Source: a virus. From it: a stretch of 40,500 bases of DNA. The translations under genes and the position numbers were made by a program. The notes under the pieces were generated by a model. It searched no databases. It was given only the letters and a program-made list of their open reading frames with translations, and was not told where the DNA came from. Shown here one piece after another: positions 19,717-28,770 of this stretch. The DNA lies in UHGV virus genome UHGV-0090882. The stretch is one strand, 5' to 3'. Within the stretch, counting starts at the first letter, position 1; each line of letters opens with the position of its first letter.

Positions 19717-20321
19717 CAGGACAACCTCGCAATGGTAAACTCGTCAACCGGTGGCAGTGGTTCCTGTGATTCATTCTGGCTATGCGAGCCAGCACTAAGA
19801 ATCACGCGATTGTACATATTGAGGGCAAACGTACCGAGGTCTGCATTCCCAGTCAGCGCCATGTTAATAGCTGCCGCAAGACGCCAGGCCAACGCCTCCA
19901 TAAAAATGGCATCAAACATGTTCACATCTGAAACGCGAGAGACATACTTGAGCCATGCCTGCGGCTGGTCTGTGTAGATCAACTTTCCTGTTCCGTTGGT
20001 GTCTGCACCAACTTCGTACTGAACGCGCATTGCTGCTGTTGGATTGCGTACACCAGGAAGCATAATTTCAATAATGCGCAGACAATCGGACGGGTACTGA
20101 TACGCATATTCCCAGTCAGGCGGTGGATTGCTCGTATCTGCAAGCGCCACGCGTTTGGTAGCAAAGTTCCAGTCAAAATCAGAAAGCACAGCATCACGGC
20201 AGGCCTCAAAGTGCAGCGAACATTCCCCCGCTTCCTTGCTGGCTTCCGTCAGGCTGTTAATGCTGCGGCTATTGCCAATATTGGACAGCGCACGATTGCA
20301 GATCTCTACTACAGAGGCCAT
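19716..20321 (-). CDS. Tail tubular protein A-like / head-tail adaptor
   Basis: 201 aa immediately upstream of the 823-aa gene. Confidence 0.45.
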   Translation of the reverse strand: MASVVEICNRALSNIGNSRSINSLTEASKEAGECSLHFEACRDAVLSDFDWNFATKRVALADTSNPPPDWEYAYQYPSDCLRIIEIMLPGVRNPTAAMRVQYEVGADTNGTGKLIYTDQPQAWLKYVSRVSDVNMFDAIFMEALAWRLAAAINMALTGNADLGTFALNMYNRVILSAGSHSQNESQEPLPPVDEFTIARLS

Positions 20322-20650
20322 TACTCACCCCCATTGCCGTACAGGGTTTCAGCCGCTGATTTTTCTACATCCCCGGAAACAGGAGCGATCGCCATATCAG
20401 TGATCTGCAGATCGGCGCTGCGATTAACACCATCGTCAGTTTCTCTGGCAGACAGGCCTCGAATAACAGCTTTTGCAGTTATCATCACTTCTGTTCCGAC
20501 GCCCTGAGGTTGCGCCTTCAGCTTATTCAATGTGTCGTTATTAAGAGTGATGCACAGCCCCCACGGGTATTCATCGCGAGTTCTGGTTTCTCCGCTCTCA
20601 TCCTGGTAGCTGTCAGTGCCGGTTTTGAGGTTTACGAGTTCCATATACAC
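20321..20650 (-). CDS. Virion structural protein, unknown function
   Basis: 109 aa, 1-nt overlap with next gene. Confidence 0.35.
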   Translation of the reverse strand: MYMELVNLKTGTDSYQDESGETRTRDEYPWGLCITLNNDTLNKLKAQPQGVGTEVMITAKAVIRGLSARETDDGVNRSADLQITDMAIAPVSGDVEKSAAETLYGNGGE

Positions 20651-20694
20651 TCCTGCAATAAAGGGGCCGAAGCCCCTTGTCGGATTCGCGAGGC

Positions 20695-21039
20695 TTACAC
20701 GCCTAGTTCTTTACGCTTATCTGCGATCTTCTCGCGGAGCGTTTCGGCTTTAGCGTTATGGTGTGGCTTCTCGTTAAAGAGCAATTCGTACTCTTCACGG
20801 AGCTTATCCAGTTCACCATCATCTGACACATCGTTGATGATTTTGGTGCTGGTTGCTGCCATTGACACCTTTCCTGCAACTTTTGCTTTTGCCTGTCTGG
20901 CTGCATCGTTAACAGGTTCCAGTGCGCTACCAGGCTCACCTTCGTATTCGATTTCTGCCCCCTCCGGCCACAGAGTGTTATGGATATGAGAGAGGCGCAG
21001 AACGCGGTATCTTGGTTTCTCACCTGACATCGATATCAC
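20695..21039 (-). CDS. Hypothetical structural-region protein
   Basis: 114 aa, charged C-terminal half; a minus-strand hairpin plus U-run sits at about 20655-20690 just downstream. Confidence 0.35.
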   Translation of the reverse strand: MISMSGEKPRYRVLRLSHIHNTLWPEGAEIEYEGEPGSALEPVNDAARQAKAKVAGKVSMAATSTKIINDVSDDGELDKLREEYELLFNEKPHHNAKAETLREKIADKRKELGV

Positions 21040-21040
21040 C

Positions 21041-21478
21041 TTAACCAGTTACTTTTGAGCGGATCGGATACGGCGTATTGGCATCAACATCAAGACTGAT
21101 ACCAGCAGTGAATTCGCCAGCCGTAAGTGGGCCAGTTGCGACGGAGTAGTTAACACGCAGATATCGCTGAACACCGGCAGGCACCTTTGCAGAAACAACT
21201 CGTTTACCTGCTGTCAGGGCGGTCTTTGCCAGTGCGCCACTATCATAAATAGTGGTCCATGAGCTGTTATTCTCACTCGTCTGCAACTGGATGTTTACAG
21301 TTGCATCACCGCTTGCCGCGGCGGCTGTGTTAACCAGCGCCCAAAACTCAAGCGGATAACCCACGCCGATATCGCGACGGTTTCCATCAACTGGACCGAG
21401 ATCGATTACGTCAGTAGAAGCCGCGGTATTCGTAACCGCCTGAGCTTCGGAGAACATCAACAGTTTGTCGGTGATCAT
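21041..21478 (-). CDS. Putative capsid decoration/stabilising protein
   Basis: 145 aa, Ala/Thr/Val-rich, immediately downstream of the major capsid gene. Confidence 0.4.
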   Translation of the reverse strand: MITDKLLMFSEAQAVTNTAASTDVIDLGPVDGNRRDIGVGYPLEFWALVNTAAAASGDATVNIQLQTSENNSSWTTIYDSGALAKTALTAGKRVVSAKVPAGVQRYLRVNYSVATGPLTAGEFTAGISLDVDANTPYPIRSKVTG

Positions 21479-21529
21479 CTTCTTTCTCCATTAGTGGGCC
21501 TGTTACGACCCACTGGTTAATAACAGGCG

Positions 21530-22522
21530 TTACACCACACGGGCTTCTGTTTCCAGAAGCGCATCAGTTTCACGGATTGGTACACCACGGAATGAAGTCC
21601 ACCACTCGCCTTCTGTCTCTTTTACGCTGATCGCCAGAGATGTTTTCTCCAGAGATTGCAGATCAAGAGCCTGGCCTACAGTGCGGTTCATGTAGAACAC
21701 CGGGCGACCCATTCCACGGTTTGGAATGCGATGCAGTGCTTTAACCATCAACTTCGCAATATTTGCGGCAGAGGAAGGTTCTGAAAGATTGCTGACATCG
21801 ATGTTTGCAATGCGAACAACATAACGCCAGTCACGCAGAGCAAGTCCGTTGTCCCATTTGTAATGGGTGCGATAGCCTTCGTACTTGCCGCCATTAGCAT
21901 CTTCCAGTGTCACCTGGCCTTTATCTTCCATCTGGATGCCAGCCTTCTGCCCTTTCGGGAAGATGCCATGCACGGTGTTTTCGCCCCACACCACTAACCA
22001 GATTGAGGTGTTATCTGTACCCGTGCCACCAGCATCAATGATGTTCTGAGCATTACCCGCAGACAGGCTGGAATAGCGGGAGGACAGTCCCATAAACTGC
22101 TGAGGGTTAACGCTGGAATCACCATAAAACAGCGTCTGCGCCATCTGCTGATTCATCGCTTCAATAAATGCGCGGTCTTCAGACAGGCGGAATTCAGCGG
22201 TATTGCCGTTCAGATCAGCCAGTGACTTATCGACTTCAGCATAGGTTTCCAGCATGCCAACGGAATCGGTTACCTGCACTGTGGTTGATTTGCTTGGCTG
22301 TACGCCATAGTTCAGCAAACGCCAGGTAGCTGAAGGTAAACCAGAACGAATGGTGGTTCGGTGTCCGGTAGGAAGGTTCCCTTCGACAAAAGGCATATCC
22401 TGAAGGATCGGGTTAGTTTGACCGAGAAGCTCGATAATCTTATCGACTTTCCCGTTTGGATCGACGCGCTTACCCCAGTCAGCCAGCGTTAGCGCAGTTA
22501 AGCCTTTAACAGCCATTGTCAT
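21530..22522 (-). CDS. Major capsid protein
   Basis: 330 aa directly after a scaffold-like acidic protein and the portal. Confidence 0.65.
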   Translation of the reverse strand: MTMAVKGLTALTLADWGKRVDPNGKVDKIIELLGQTNPILQDMPFVEGNLPTGHRTTIRSGLPSATWRLLNYGVQPSKSTTVQVTDSVGMLETYAEVDKSLADLNGNTAEFRLSEDRAFIEAMNQQMAQTLFYGDSSVNPQQFMGLSSRYSSLSAGNAQNIIDAGGTGTDNTSIWLVVWGENTVHGIFPKGQKAGIQMEDKGQVTLEDANGGKYEGYRTHYKWDNGLALRDWRYVVRIANIDVSNLSEPSSAANIAKLMVKALHRIPNRGMGRPVFYMNRTVGQALDLQSLEKTSLAISVKETEGEWWTSFRGVPIRETDALLETEARVV

Positions 22523-22530
22523 TTCCTCTC

Positions 22531-23232
22531 TTATTTGCCATAGAGCACTTCGGCCGCACTACGCTGGCCTTCATTACCACCGGTGACCATGCCATCTTCA
22601 GACATCGCCTTTCCGATTTTCACGAACGTTTTGACCAGATCAGGGTGATTACCCAGCCCGGTGGTGTTCAGATATTCTTTGAGCTCAGGTGTCCCGAACT
22701 GGTCAAGCGCACGCTGTGCGGCGCTAAGGTTAGAAATCAACTTGTCGCCACCGATTTCTTTGTCAGCTTTTACATCCGCAGCCCACTGCTCGGTTGTTTT
22801 CTGCCAGGCTTCTGCCTGGCGCTGCTGAACACCTGCCAGAATCTTCGGATAAGCATCAACCAGCTTTTGCGCTTGCTCGTTGGTCAGGTTAAGTTCTCGC
22901 GCCACAGGCTCGAATTCCTTCAACGCTTCTGTATCCAGCTCTACGCCTTCGGCAGCCTGAAACTCGTACTTCTCAGGCGCACCCTCTGGTTTATCGCCGT
23001 CCTTTTTTTCATCCTGCTTATCGTTTTCAGGCTTTTTGTCATCAGCAGGTTTATCGCCATCAGCAACAGGTTGTGGCTTATCACCTTCCGATTGTGATGG
23101 ATCACCAACTGGAGCAGGGTTATCACCTGCAGGCGCTGACGGTTCTGACGCAGCCGGAGCTGCTCCACCATCGACTGGTTGCTCATTGCAAAGACGGCGA
23201 TACAGCAAACGCTCAAATAAATTCATGATCAC
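22531..23232 (-). CDS. Scaffolding protein
   Basis: 233 aa, highly acidic low-complexity N-terminus then helical region; between portal and capsid. Confidence 0.55.
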   Translation of the reverse strand: MIMNLFERLLYRRLCNEQPVDGGAAPAASEPSAPAGDNPAPVGDPSQSEGDKPQPVADGDKPADDKKPENDKQDEKKDGDKPEGAPEKYEFQAAEGVELDTEALKEFEPVARELNLTNEQAQKLVDAYPKILAGVQQRQAEAWQKTTEQWAADVKADKEIGGDKLISNLSAAQRALDQFGTPELKEYLNTTGLGNHPDLVKTFVKIGKAMSEDGMVTGGNEGQRSAAEVLYGK

Positions 23233-23525
23233 TCCTGTTCACTGGCCTCTTTGGCCATCTTCAAATACTGTTCAGGGCAATGCGCCATAACGCGCTGAAA
23301 CAGTTCCAGCGCCAGATTGCGTTGCCCCTCATTAAATGCCATAGCCATAGCGTCCATCGGTGAGATAGCGGAAAACACACGGCCTTTCTCCAGCACCGAC
23401 CAGACAACGCGACGCCCCTGTTCACTGCTCATGACAAAGCAAATGTCATCAATTTCACGCTGTGCCATGTCACGTTGCTTACGGGCGTTTTCTTCTTTCA
23501 GTTGATCGTCTTCGTAATCTGTCAT
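23229..23525 (-). CDS. Small phage protein between portal and scaffold
   Basis: 98 aa; 4-nt overlaps on both sides. Confidence 0.4.
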   Translation of the reverse strand: MTDYEDDQLKEENARKQRDMAQREIDDICFVMSSEQGRRVVWSVLEKGRVFSAISPMDAMAMAFNEGQRNLALELFQRVMAHCPEQYLKMAKEASEQE

Positions 23526-25201
23526 TGTGATTGCCCACCCTGACCACTAACTGCATTCGCCATAGCTGACAAAACACTCGGATCCGAAGTTTTAGCTTCG
23601 CTTAGCGTCTTGGCACCCTGTGCCGCCGCCATCCCCATCGCCATCATTTGTTGCTGCTGTTGTTGCTGTGCCCGTTGCTGGCGAGCCTGCTCAACCTGTT
23701 CCTGCGGAACAATGACGGTTGGAGACACTCCAGACATATCAGCGAATGCATCGATCGCCTGATCAACGTTGAGTTTGTCGAGAGCTTCTGGTTTCGCTTG
23801 CGCAAGTTGACCAATGAAGTTAACCGTGGACGCCAGACTGGACAGGCCGATAGACTTCTGCGCCTGAGCCATGACGGAAATGTATTCGACCTTCAGGGGC
23901 ATGCCTTCCATCGCGTCAGGCGGTGGCGGCAACATGTTTTTACGCACCATCATCGAGAAAGCGCGGTCAATGAGAGGATTAAGACATTCGTCGTTCAGAC
24001 GCTCCAGAACCGGCCCCAACATCAGAAGTTTTTCTTCTTTCATTTCGATCACCGCTTCAACAGGCATCGAGCGGGTATTGATGTTCTGCAACATCATGAA
24101 CAGATCGACAAAGTAGGCGCTGTTAATGATTTGACGAGTGTCCTGAATGTCTGCCACCAAATCTGCTGTACTGGGGTTAACCAGATAAGCAGGCCTGAAG
24201 CCATCCTGACCAGTAATCTGATCGATATACGTGATGTCGCCAGGAAGAAGGGAGGCGCGCTGATTCTTGAGGGAAGTCGGAGCAACCATCGGCGGATTGG
24301 TGGCTTTATCAATCAACTGCGACTTGCGCTTCTGGAGAAGCTGCAATGCCTTAACAGGTCCAAGCGCCAGCATACCCGGGCATGATGATCCATAAACATC
24401 TTCGCCGTTAACTTCCCAGCGCGGAGCCATAATTGGAAACTCATCGAATCCGGACTCACGCAACAACTTGTCGTTATCGCCACCAACCTCGTAATAAACC
24501 GATTTGAATGGCTTGTTCTTGCTATCCAGCTTCGATGTATCGCGGTCAATGTTCGGGTAAACCGAATGCATCACTTCAATCCACTTCTCGTAGGTGCCGC
24601 TTTCCCACATGCTTTTTACGGATTCGCTGACGTTATTTAGCCCGAACTCCTGAACAAGCTGACGAACAGTCATAGAGAACTTGCGAAAACAGGTGTCCAC
24701 ACTGCCACGAGGTGAGTTAGCCAGGTAGTAACTGCCTATCGGGAATGGCATTGTGCGAATGATGTCCTCGTCATCCTCCAGCACTGCCATTGCACCAGTG
24801 CTGTATGTGCCGAGGCTTCCGTATAACTGCGGCAGCGACTGATAGAGATTCGACTTATTGAACATATCGTTCATGCGGTTCTGCACCGCCTCAAGCCACA
24901 ACTTAACAGGGCCATAATCCATCATTTCAGGATCTGGCGTAGCCAGGCGAAACCACGGACGCGCGGGGCTTGTGATGCCTGACATCATGCCGCTGGCGAG
25001 AGTGCGCTCCGCCATAGTCCCGGTCGAATCAATAATGCGTGTATTGCGTCGATCGTTACGGTTGACCTCAGAAGTCAGAAAGCGGGAACCACGCGGGTTG
25101 ATGTAATCACTCAACTCGCGCCAGTGCGGTTCGAACGACTGACGCTCGCTTTCAAGTTGTGCGAACTGTTTGTTCAATCGCTCTTTAGTTGTTTCCGCCA
25201 T
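23522..25201 (-). CDS. Portal (head-to-tail connector) protein
   Basis: 559 aa with poly-Q/Ala-rich C-terminal tail; position between terminase and scaffold/capsid. Confidence 0.65.
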   Translation of the reverse strand: MAETTKERLNKQFAQLESERQSFEPHWRELSDYINPRGSRFLTSEVNRNDRRNTRIIDSTGTMAERTLASGMMSGITSPARPWFRLATPDPEMMDYGPVKLWLEAVQNRMNDMFNKSNLYQSLPQLYGSLGTYSTGAMAVLEDDEDIIRTMPFPIGSYYLANSPRGSVDTCFRKFSMTVRQLVQEFGLNNVSESVKSMWESGTYEKWIEVMHSVYPNIDRDTSKLDSKNKPFKSVYYEVGGDNDKLLRESGFDEFPIMAPRWEVNGEDVYGSSCPGMLALGPVKALQLLQKRKSQLIDKATNPPMVAPTSLKNQRASLLPGDITYIDQITGQDGFRPAYLVNPSTADLVADIQDTRQIINSAYFVDLFMMLQNINTRSMPVEAVIEMKEEKLLMLGPVLERLNDECLNPLIDRAFSMMVRKNMLPPPPDAMEGMPLKVEYISVMAQAQKSIGLSSLASTVNFIGQLAQAKPEALDKLNVDQAIDAFADMSGVSPTVIVPQEQVEQARQQRAQQQQQQQMMAMGMAAAQGAKTLSEAKTSDPSVLSAMANAVSGQGGQSQ

Positions 25202-25215
25202 TTCAATGACTCCGG

Positions 25216-25422
25216 TTACTGACCAAGCAGCGTTTTACCGCTGGTATTAGCGGTTGATGTGTCGCCCTGAGAACCGGTAAGCAGCGTAGAACTACGACCA
25301 GCAGCAGCGCGACGGCGACGAGTTTCTTCGTCGCGGGCATCAACAACGGCGGCATCCTGCTCCTGTGGTGCTGCCTGAACTTCTGGTGTTGCAGGCACTG
25401 ATGGTGAGCTACCCATGCACAT
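25216..25422 (-). CDS. Small protein upstream of portal
   Basis: Start trimmed to ATG 25422 (GGAG upstream); 68 aa, Ala/Arg-rich. Confidence 0.35.
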   Translation of the reverse strand: MCMGSSPSVPATPEVQAAPQEQDAAVVDARDEETRRRRAAAGRSSTLLTGSQGDTSTANTSGKTLLGQ

Positions 25423-25490
25423 ATCAATGACTCCGTACGCAATCAAATTATTACCAATTTAACCACATATGATTTATTTATCGTAGATAG

Positions 25491-25519
25491 TTGACATTTA
25501 ACGCACAAATTATTACCTT
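25491..25519 (+). promoter_or_regulatory. Putative plus-strand promoter (TTGACA -35) driving the non-coding region and tRNA
   Basis: TTGACA at 25491-25496 followed by an AT-rich -10 region (AATTATTACC) that overlaps operator site 4; same layout as the early-left promoter at 34973. Confidence 0.4.
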
Positions 25520-25528
25520 TCAGGTAAC
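25512..25528. promoter_or_regulatory. Operator-like palindrome ATTACCTTTCAGGTAAC (site 4)
   Basis: Core identical to site 1. Confidence 0.5.
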
Positions 25529-25548
25529 CAAAGAGTTCATTCCGGTTA

Positions 25549-25849
25549 CTAACCTGACTGGCTTGTCGTTAAATTGAACAGGTGGAGTGAGCTTTTATTT
25601 TGAGCAGTACGGCGTATGGCACATGCGCCGATAGCGGTCTGGATACGTTTAAGGGGCACCCTACCTTGCTCGGGCAAACGAACCAGGTAGCCGGAATGTG
25701 CAAGTCGAGCGGTTTTATTCCGCGCACGGGGATTCACCATCCCGGCGATTCGGTGTGACGCCTCGGAAGAGACGAGGGTGCAACGATGAGAGCATTTATG
25801 GAGCCGCGACAAAGTGTGGCGCCTTAACAGGCTAAGTGCTCTCAGCGTT
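25549..25849 (+). ncRNA. Candidate non-coding RNA / structured leader upstream of the tRNA
   Basis: About 300 nt with no plus-strand ORF of 60 aa or more, between a promoter-like element and the tRNA; several local inverted repeats. Confidence 0.3.
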
Positions 25850-25926
25850 GTGGCATTAGCTCAGTTGGACAGAGCAACCGCCTTCTAAGCGGTTGGTCGC
25901 AGGTTCGAATCCTGCATGCCACGCCA
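25850..25926 (+). tRNA. tRNA-Arg (anticodon UCU), phage-encoded
   Basis: Full cloverleaf readable by hand: acceptor GTGGCAT/ATGCCAC, D-stem GCTC/GAGC, anticodon stem ACCGC/GCGGT with loop CTTCTAA, T-arm GCAGG-TTCGAAT-CCTGC, 3' CCA encoded. Confidence 0.9.
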
Positions 25927-25969
25927 GAATCACGCCTAAGGACCGTGATGCCAGAAGTTCCAGGGGCTT

Positions 25970-26011
25970 GGCGGTGATGGTTTCCCTTGAAGGACTATCA
26001 CCGCCCTTTTT
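25970..26011 (+). terminator. Hairpin plus T-run downstream of the tRNA
   Basis: Stem GGCGGTGAT / ATCACCGCC (large loop) followed by CTTTTT. Confidence 0.45.
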
Positions 26012-26089
26012 ACAGCAGGACGCCATTGCGATGACTTCATGCTGTAAACCAGTACAGCCACGGAAGGCATAACTCATTGCTTCCAGTTC

Positions 26090-26113
26090 GCCCGGTTCGC
26101 CGGGCATTTTTTT
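26090..26113 (+). terminator. Rho-independent terminator
   Basis: Stem GCCCGG-ttcg-CCGGGC followed by A and T7; lies 17 nt before the RBS of the 26130 gene. Confidence 0.55.
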
Positions 26114-26129
26114 AAGGTGAGATTAGACT

Positions 26130-26501
26130 ATGAGTGACAAAGACATTGAATCTGAAATTCAGGCTAAAGGTTTAGCCGCGCCGCGCGTTACGCCAGACCA
26201 TATCGAGAGCATTATTGCTCAGGAGGCATATTTCACAGCAGAAGATGGTGTCTTTGGCGTAGCCATAAAAGCGAAACATACTGGCGGAGAGGTAAACTAC
26301 CAGCCGCACGAATCACTTTCTCTGCTGACGTTCTGCGTTCTGGTGCTGCGCAACGGCTTCACCGTCACCGGAGAGAGCGCCTGTGCAAGCCCGGAAAACT
26401 TTGATGCGGAAATTGGTCGGAAGATTGCCCGGCAGAATGCTGTAAACAAAATCTGGATGCTTGAAGGTTACTTGCTGAAGCAGAAGTTAAGCGAGCAATA
26501 A
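26130..26501 (+). CDS. Gp49-like phage protein (N4 gp49 / Sf6 gene 66 family), function unknown
   Basis: 123 aa; C-terminal block LRNGFTVTGESACASPENFDAEIGRKIARQNAVNKIW recalled as that family. RBS AGGTGA. Confidence 0.5.
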   Translation: MSDKDIESEIQAKGLAAPRVTPDHIESIIAQEAYFTAEDGVFGVAIKAKHTGGEVNYQPHESLSLLTFCVLVLRNGFTVTGESACASPENFDAEIGRKIARQNAVNKIWMLEGYLLKQKLSEQ

Positions 26502-26505
26502 CACC

Positions 26506-26517
26506 GTGACATGTCAC
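26506..26517. repeat. 12-bp palindrome GTGACATGTCAC (copy 2 of 3)
   Basis: Four nt after the stop of 26130..26501, immediately before a terminator hairpin. Confidence 0.5.
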
Positions 26518-26549
26518 AAACAGCCAGCCGATGAGCTGGCTTTGTTTTA
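26518..26549 (+). terminator. Rho-independent terminator after the gp49-like gene
   Basis: Stem AGCCAGC / GCTGGCT (loop cgatga) followed by TTGTTTT. Confidence 0.5.
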
Positions 26550-26591
26550 TCCTCACCAGAGGATATCTCCGTCATTATCCCCGCTAACGGA

Positions 26592-28067
26592 TTAAGCATA
26601 GGGATCGTAATCTGTAATGGCCTTGCCTTGCTGGTTCTGCTGCCCGGGAATTCGCAGACGCTTAGACACAGGGAACGCAAACGTCAGCAGTAGCGCATCG
26701 CCTTTACCCGGCGAACGCCCAAGCCGCTCCTTGATATCTTCCTTCGGTTCGATAACGATTTTACCGTCCACTCGAACTTTGTACTCTGCCGCCGACAGGT
26801 CGTCCGCTGTTTCCTGGTCATCCAGCATGCCGCCCAGCCTCAGCCATGTCTTGCATGAGTTGAACATCTCCCCACGCTTGTTGAGCATCTGCGGGTCAGT
26901 AGACGCGCCACCGAACGGAACAAGTTGCCATGTGCGCCCCCAACCGTCACCGATTGACTTCAGCCCGGTACCGTAACCGAAGTCGATGAACACCGCGTCA
27001 GCCTGATACTGGTCTTCAAAGTCAGCGATACGCTTTGCCATAATCAGATCGTCAGTGGTCTTGTTGCCGGTCCACAGCACCTTACTGTGCAGCCCCTGCC
27101 GCAGGTATATCACCGCGTCATCAACACCGGAGTATGCAGGGTCAACGCCGATTATCACCGGAGCATGTGCCACCTGCGCAGCAGTTACCACCCGTTTCAT
27201 TGCCTCGTCAGTAAGACCGGTAGGGATAAACTGCAATTCAGATGCATCAGGGAATATGCCGCGCACACGGATTTTAACGAAGTCGCTGTCTTCCCCGTAG
27301 TCATCAACCCATTTATGCAACTGCTGTTTGTTGGTGCCTTCCACCGTCCGGCTGTCAATCTGCGCAGTTTTCCAGCGGTGTTTATATTTGCGGAAACATT
27401 CGCGGAAACGTCCGGTATTACGCGTCGGGTTTCCGAACGCCACCCAGATAATCTCAGTGTCTTCGTCCGTTAGCGCACCCTCGGCAACTTCCCACACCAG
27501 ATCCGCAATGTTCGACGCTTCATCGAATACCACGATGATGCGTTTGCGCTCGTTGTGTAGTCCGGCGAATGCCTCAGTGTTGTGCTCAGACCAGGGTATT
27601 GCGTCAGCTCGCCACCGCTTGTCGTGTCCAGGATCATTGCTGTACATCGCAGTAGCGGTACAGGTAAACCAGTCTTTCGTGATAGCAAGGTTCGACCACT
27701 TGATAATTTCCGGCCAGGTCTTCGTTCGTAGCTGGTTGTCGGTGTTGGCGGTCACCACGACCTTACAATCCTCGCAAGTGGACATGCCCCAGTTGATCAG
27801 CATTGAGATGAATGCGGATTTACCAATACCGTGACCAGAAGCGCGTGCCAGCATAAGCGGCTGATAGCGCGTCTCTGGATTCTGCAGGTGATCACGTATC
27901 TCTCGGAACGCATCAGCCTGCCACTGACGTGGGCCAGTAGCATGTGCCAGTTCAGTCCCCTCTTCCCCCCACGGGAACGCATAGAGGGCATAACCAAGCG
28001 GATCGTGAGTAAACCCTGCAATATCCTCGATCAACTGCTCTTCAGGAGATAACACTGTATCTGTCAC
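26592..28067 (-). CDS. terL: Terminase large subunit
   Basis: 491 aa; Walker-A-like ARASGHGIGKS near the N-terminus; overlaps the small subunit stop; precedes the portal. Confidence 0.8.
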   Translation of the reverse strand: MTDTVLSPEEQLIEDIAGFTHDPLGYALYAFPWGEEGTELAHATGPRQWQADAFREIRDHLQNPETRYQPLMLARASGHGIGKSAFISMLINWGMSTCEDCKVVVTANTDNQLRTKTWPEIIKWSNLAITKDWFTCTATAMYSNDPGHDKRWRADAIPWSEHNTEAFAGLHNERKRIIVVFDEASNIADLVWEVAEGALTDEDTEIIWVAFGNPTRNTGRFRECFRKYKHRWKTAQIDSRTVEGTNKQQLHKWVDDYGEDSDFVKIRVRGIFPDASELQFIPTGLTDEAMKRVVTAAQVAHAPVIIGVDPAYSGVDDAVIYLRQGLHSKVLWTGNKTTDDLIMAKRIADFEDQYQADAVFIDFGYGTGLKSIGDGWGRTWQLVPFGGASTDPQMLNKRGEMFNSCKTWLRLGGMLDDQETADDLSAAEYKVRVDGKIVIEPKEDIKERLGRSPGKGDALLLTFAFPVSKRLRIPGQQNQQGKAITDYDPYA

Positions 28068-28660
28068 TGATTACCATCCTGACGTTCTTTGAGTCGCTTC
28101 CTGGCTGCTGCTATGCGATCAGCAATTGTCACATTCACATTAACATCCAGGCGTTCTTTGAATGCGTTGACGTCGACGTGCTTACCAATCAGTTCGAGGT
28201 TCTTCACCTTGTCAGGCCATTTAATTTTTTTGAGGATTGTCTCTATCGAATCCTCGTTCATGTTCATGATGGTCGATGACAGATCAAAGCCGCTAAGCGT
28301 AGTGCGCCAGATTTTCGGCCACTCGCGGATTGGCTTAAGGCTCCCATCGTCGTTGAGGATGTCTATCACGTCCATCTGGTCGATCTCCACCAGGCGCATG
28401 AGAACGTAATCAGCACTGACGCGCATTCGTTTGTTGCGCTCCTCCATCAACTCGGCAATCCGTTTTTGAATGCGTTCATCGCGCATCATGACACTGGCTT
28501 TAACTGCCGCTGTATTTGGGGAGAATCCTGCATTAATCGCTGCCTGAGTCTGGTTTTCAGGCGTTTTGATGTATGACTGGCAATAAGCCTCCTGCATTGC
28601 TGTTAGTGGCTTAAATTGCGTTGATTTGCGTTTATAGGCTTTAGGTTCAGCAGGCATCAT
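28064..28660 (-). CDS. terS: Terminase small subunit
   Basis: N-terminal LTAMQEAYCQSYIKTPENQTQAAINAGFS resembles small-subunit HTH regions. Start trimmed to ATG 28660 because the track's N-terminal extension reads through operator sites 5-6. Confidence 0.65.
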   Translation of the reverse strand: MMPAEPKAYKRKSTQFKPLTAMQEAYCQSYIKTPENQTQAAINAGFSPNTAAVKASVMMRDERIQKRIAELMEERNKRMRVSADYVLMRLVEIDQMDVIDILNDDGSLKPIREWPKIWRTTLSGFDLSSTIMNMNEDSIETILKKIKWPDKVKNLELIGKHVDVNAFKERLDVNVNVTIADRIAAARKRLKERQDGNQ

Positions 28661-28675
28661 AACCACCGTGGTAAT
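28659..28675. promoter_or_regulatory. Operator-like site ATAACCACCGTGGTAAT (site 5)
   Basis: One mismatch in the left arm; overlaps the terS start. Confidence 0.4.
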
Positions 28676-28676
28676 A

Positions 28677-28693
28677 GTTACCGTTGTGGTAAT
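28677..28693. promoter_or_regulatory. Operator-like palindrome GTTACCGTTGTGGTAAT (site 6)
   Basis: Tandem with site 5, centres 18 bp apart. Confidence 0.45.
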
Positions 28694-28710
28694 AGTATCA
28701 TGCAAAATAA

Positions 28711-28730
28711 AGCCGCCATAGTTGGCGGCA
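28711..28730 (-). terminator. Minus-strand rho-independent terminator between the nin-like block and terS
   Basis: Stem GCCGCC / GGCGGC with an A-rich run on the plus-strand 5' side (U-run in the minus transcript). Confidence 0.45.
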
Positions 28731-28770
28731 GTATTCAAACCCCATCAAATTCATCATGCATAATCTACTC

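Noticed and set aside
19273-19977. 234-aa plus-strand ORF
   Set aside because: Antisense within the tail-tubular-B-like gene; no independent support.
22516-23097. 193-aa plus-strand ORF
   Set aside because: Antisense to the scaffolding gene; no RBS or promoter seen.
23648-24385. 245-aa plus-strand ORF
   Set aside because: Entirely antisense within the portal gene; His/Arg-rich low-complexity product.
25549-25812. 87-aa minus-strand ORF in the non-coding region upstream of the tRNA
   Set aside because: Arg-rich low-complexity product antisense to a promoter-driven plus-strand region; no RBS seen.
25856-26107. 83-aa minus-strand ORF
   Set aside because: Overlaps the tRNA-Arg gene and two terminator hairpins; no RBS; almost certainly spurious.
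28661-28738. N-terminal extension of the terminase small subunit in the ORF track
   Set aside because: It is the translation of operator-like sites 5 and 6 (ITTTVTITTVV) and lies upstream of a terminator; the ATGATG at 28660 is the more plausible start.
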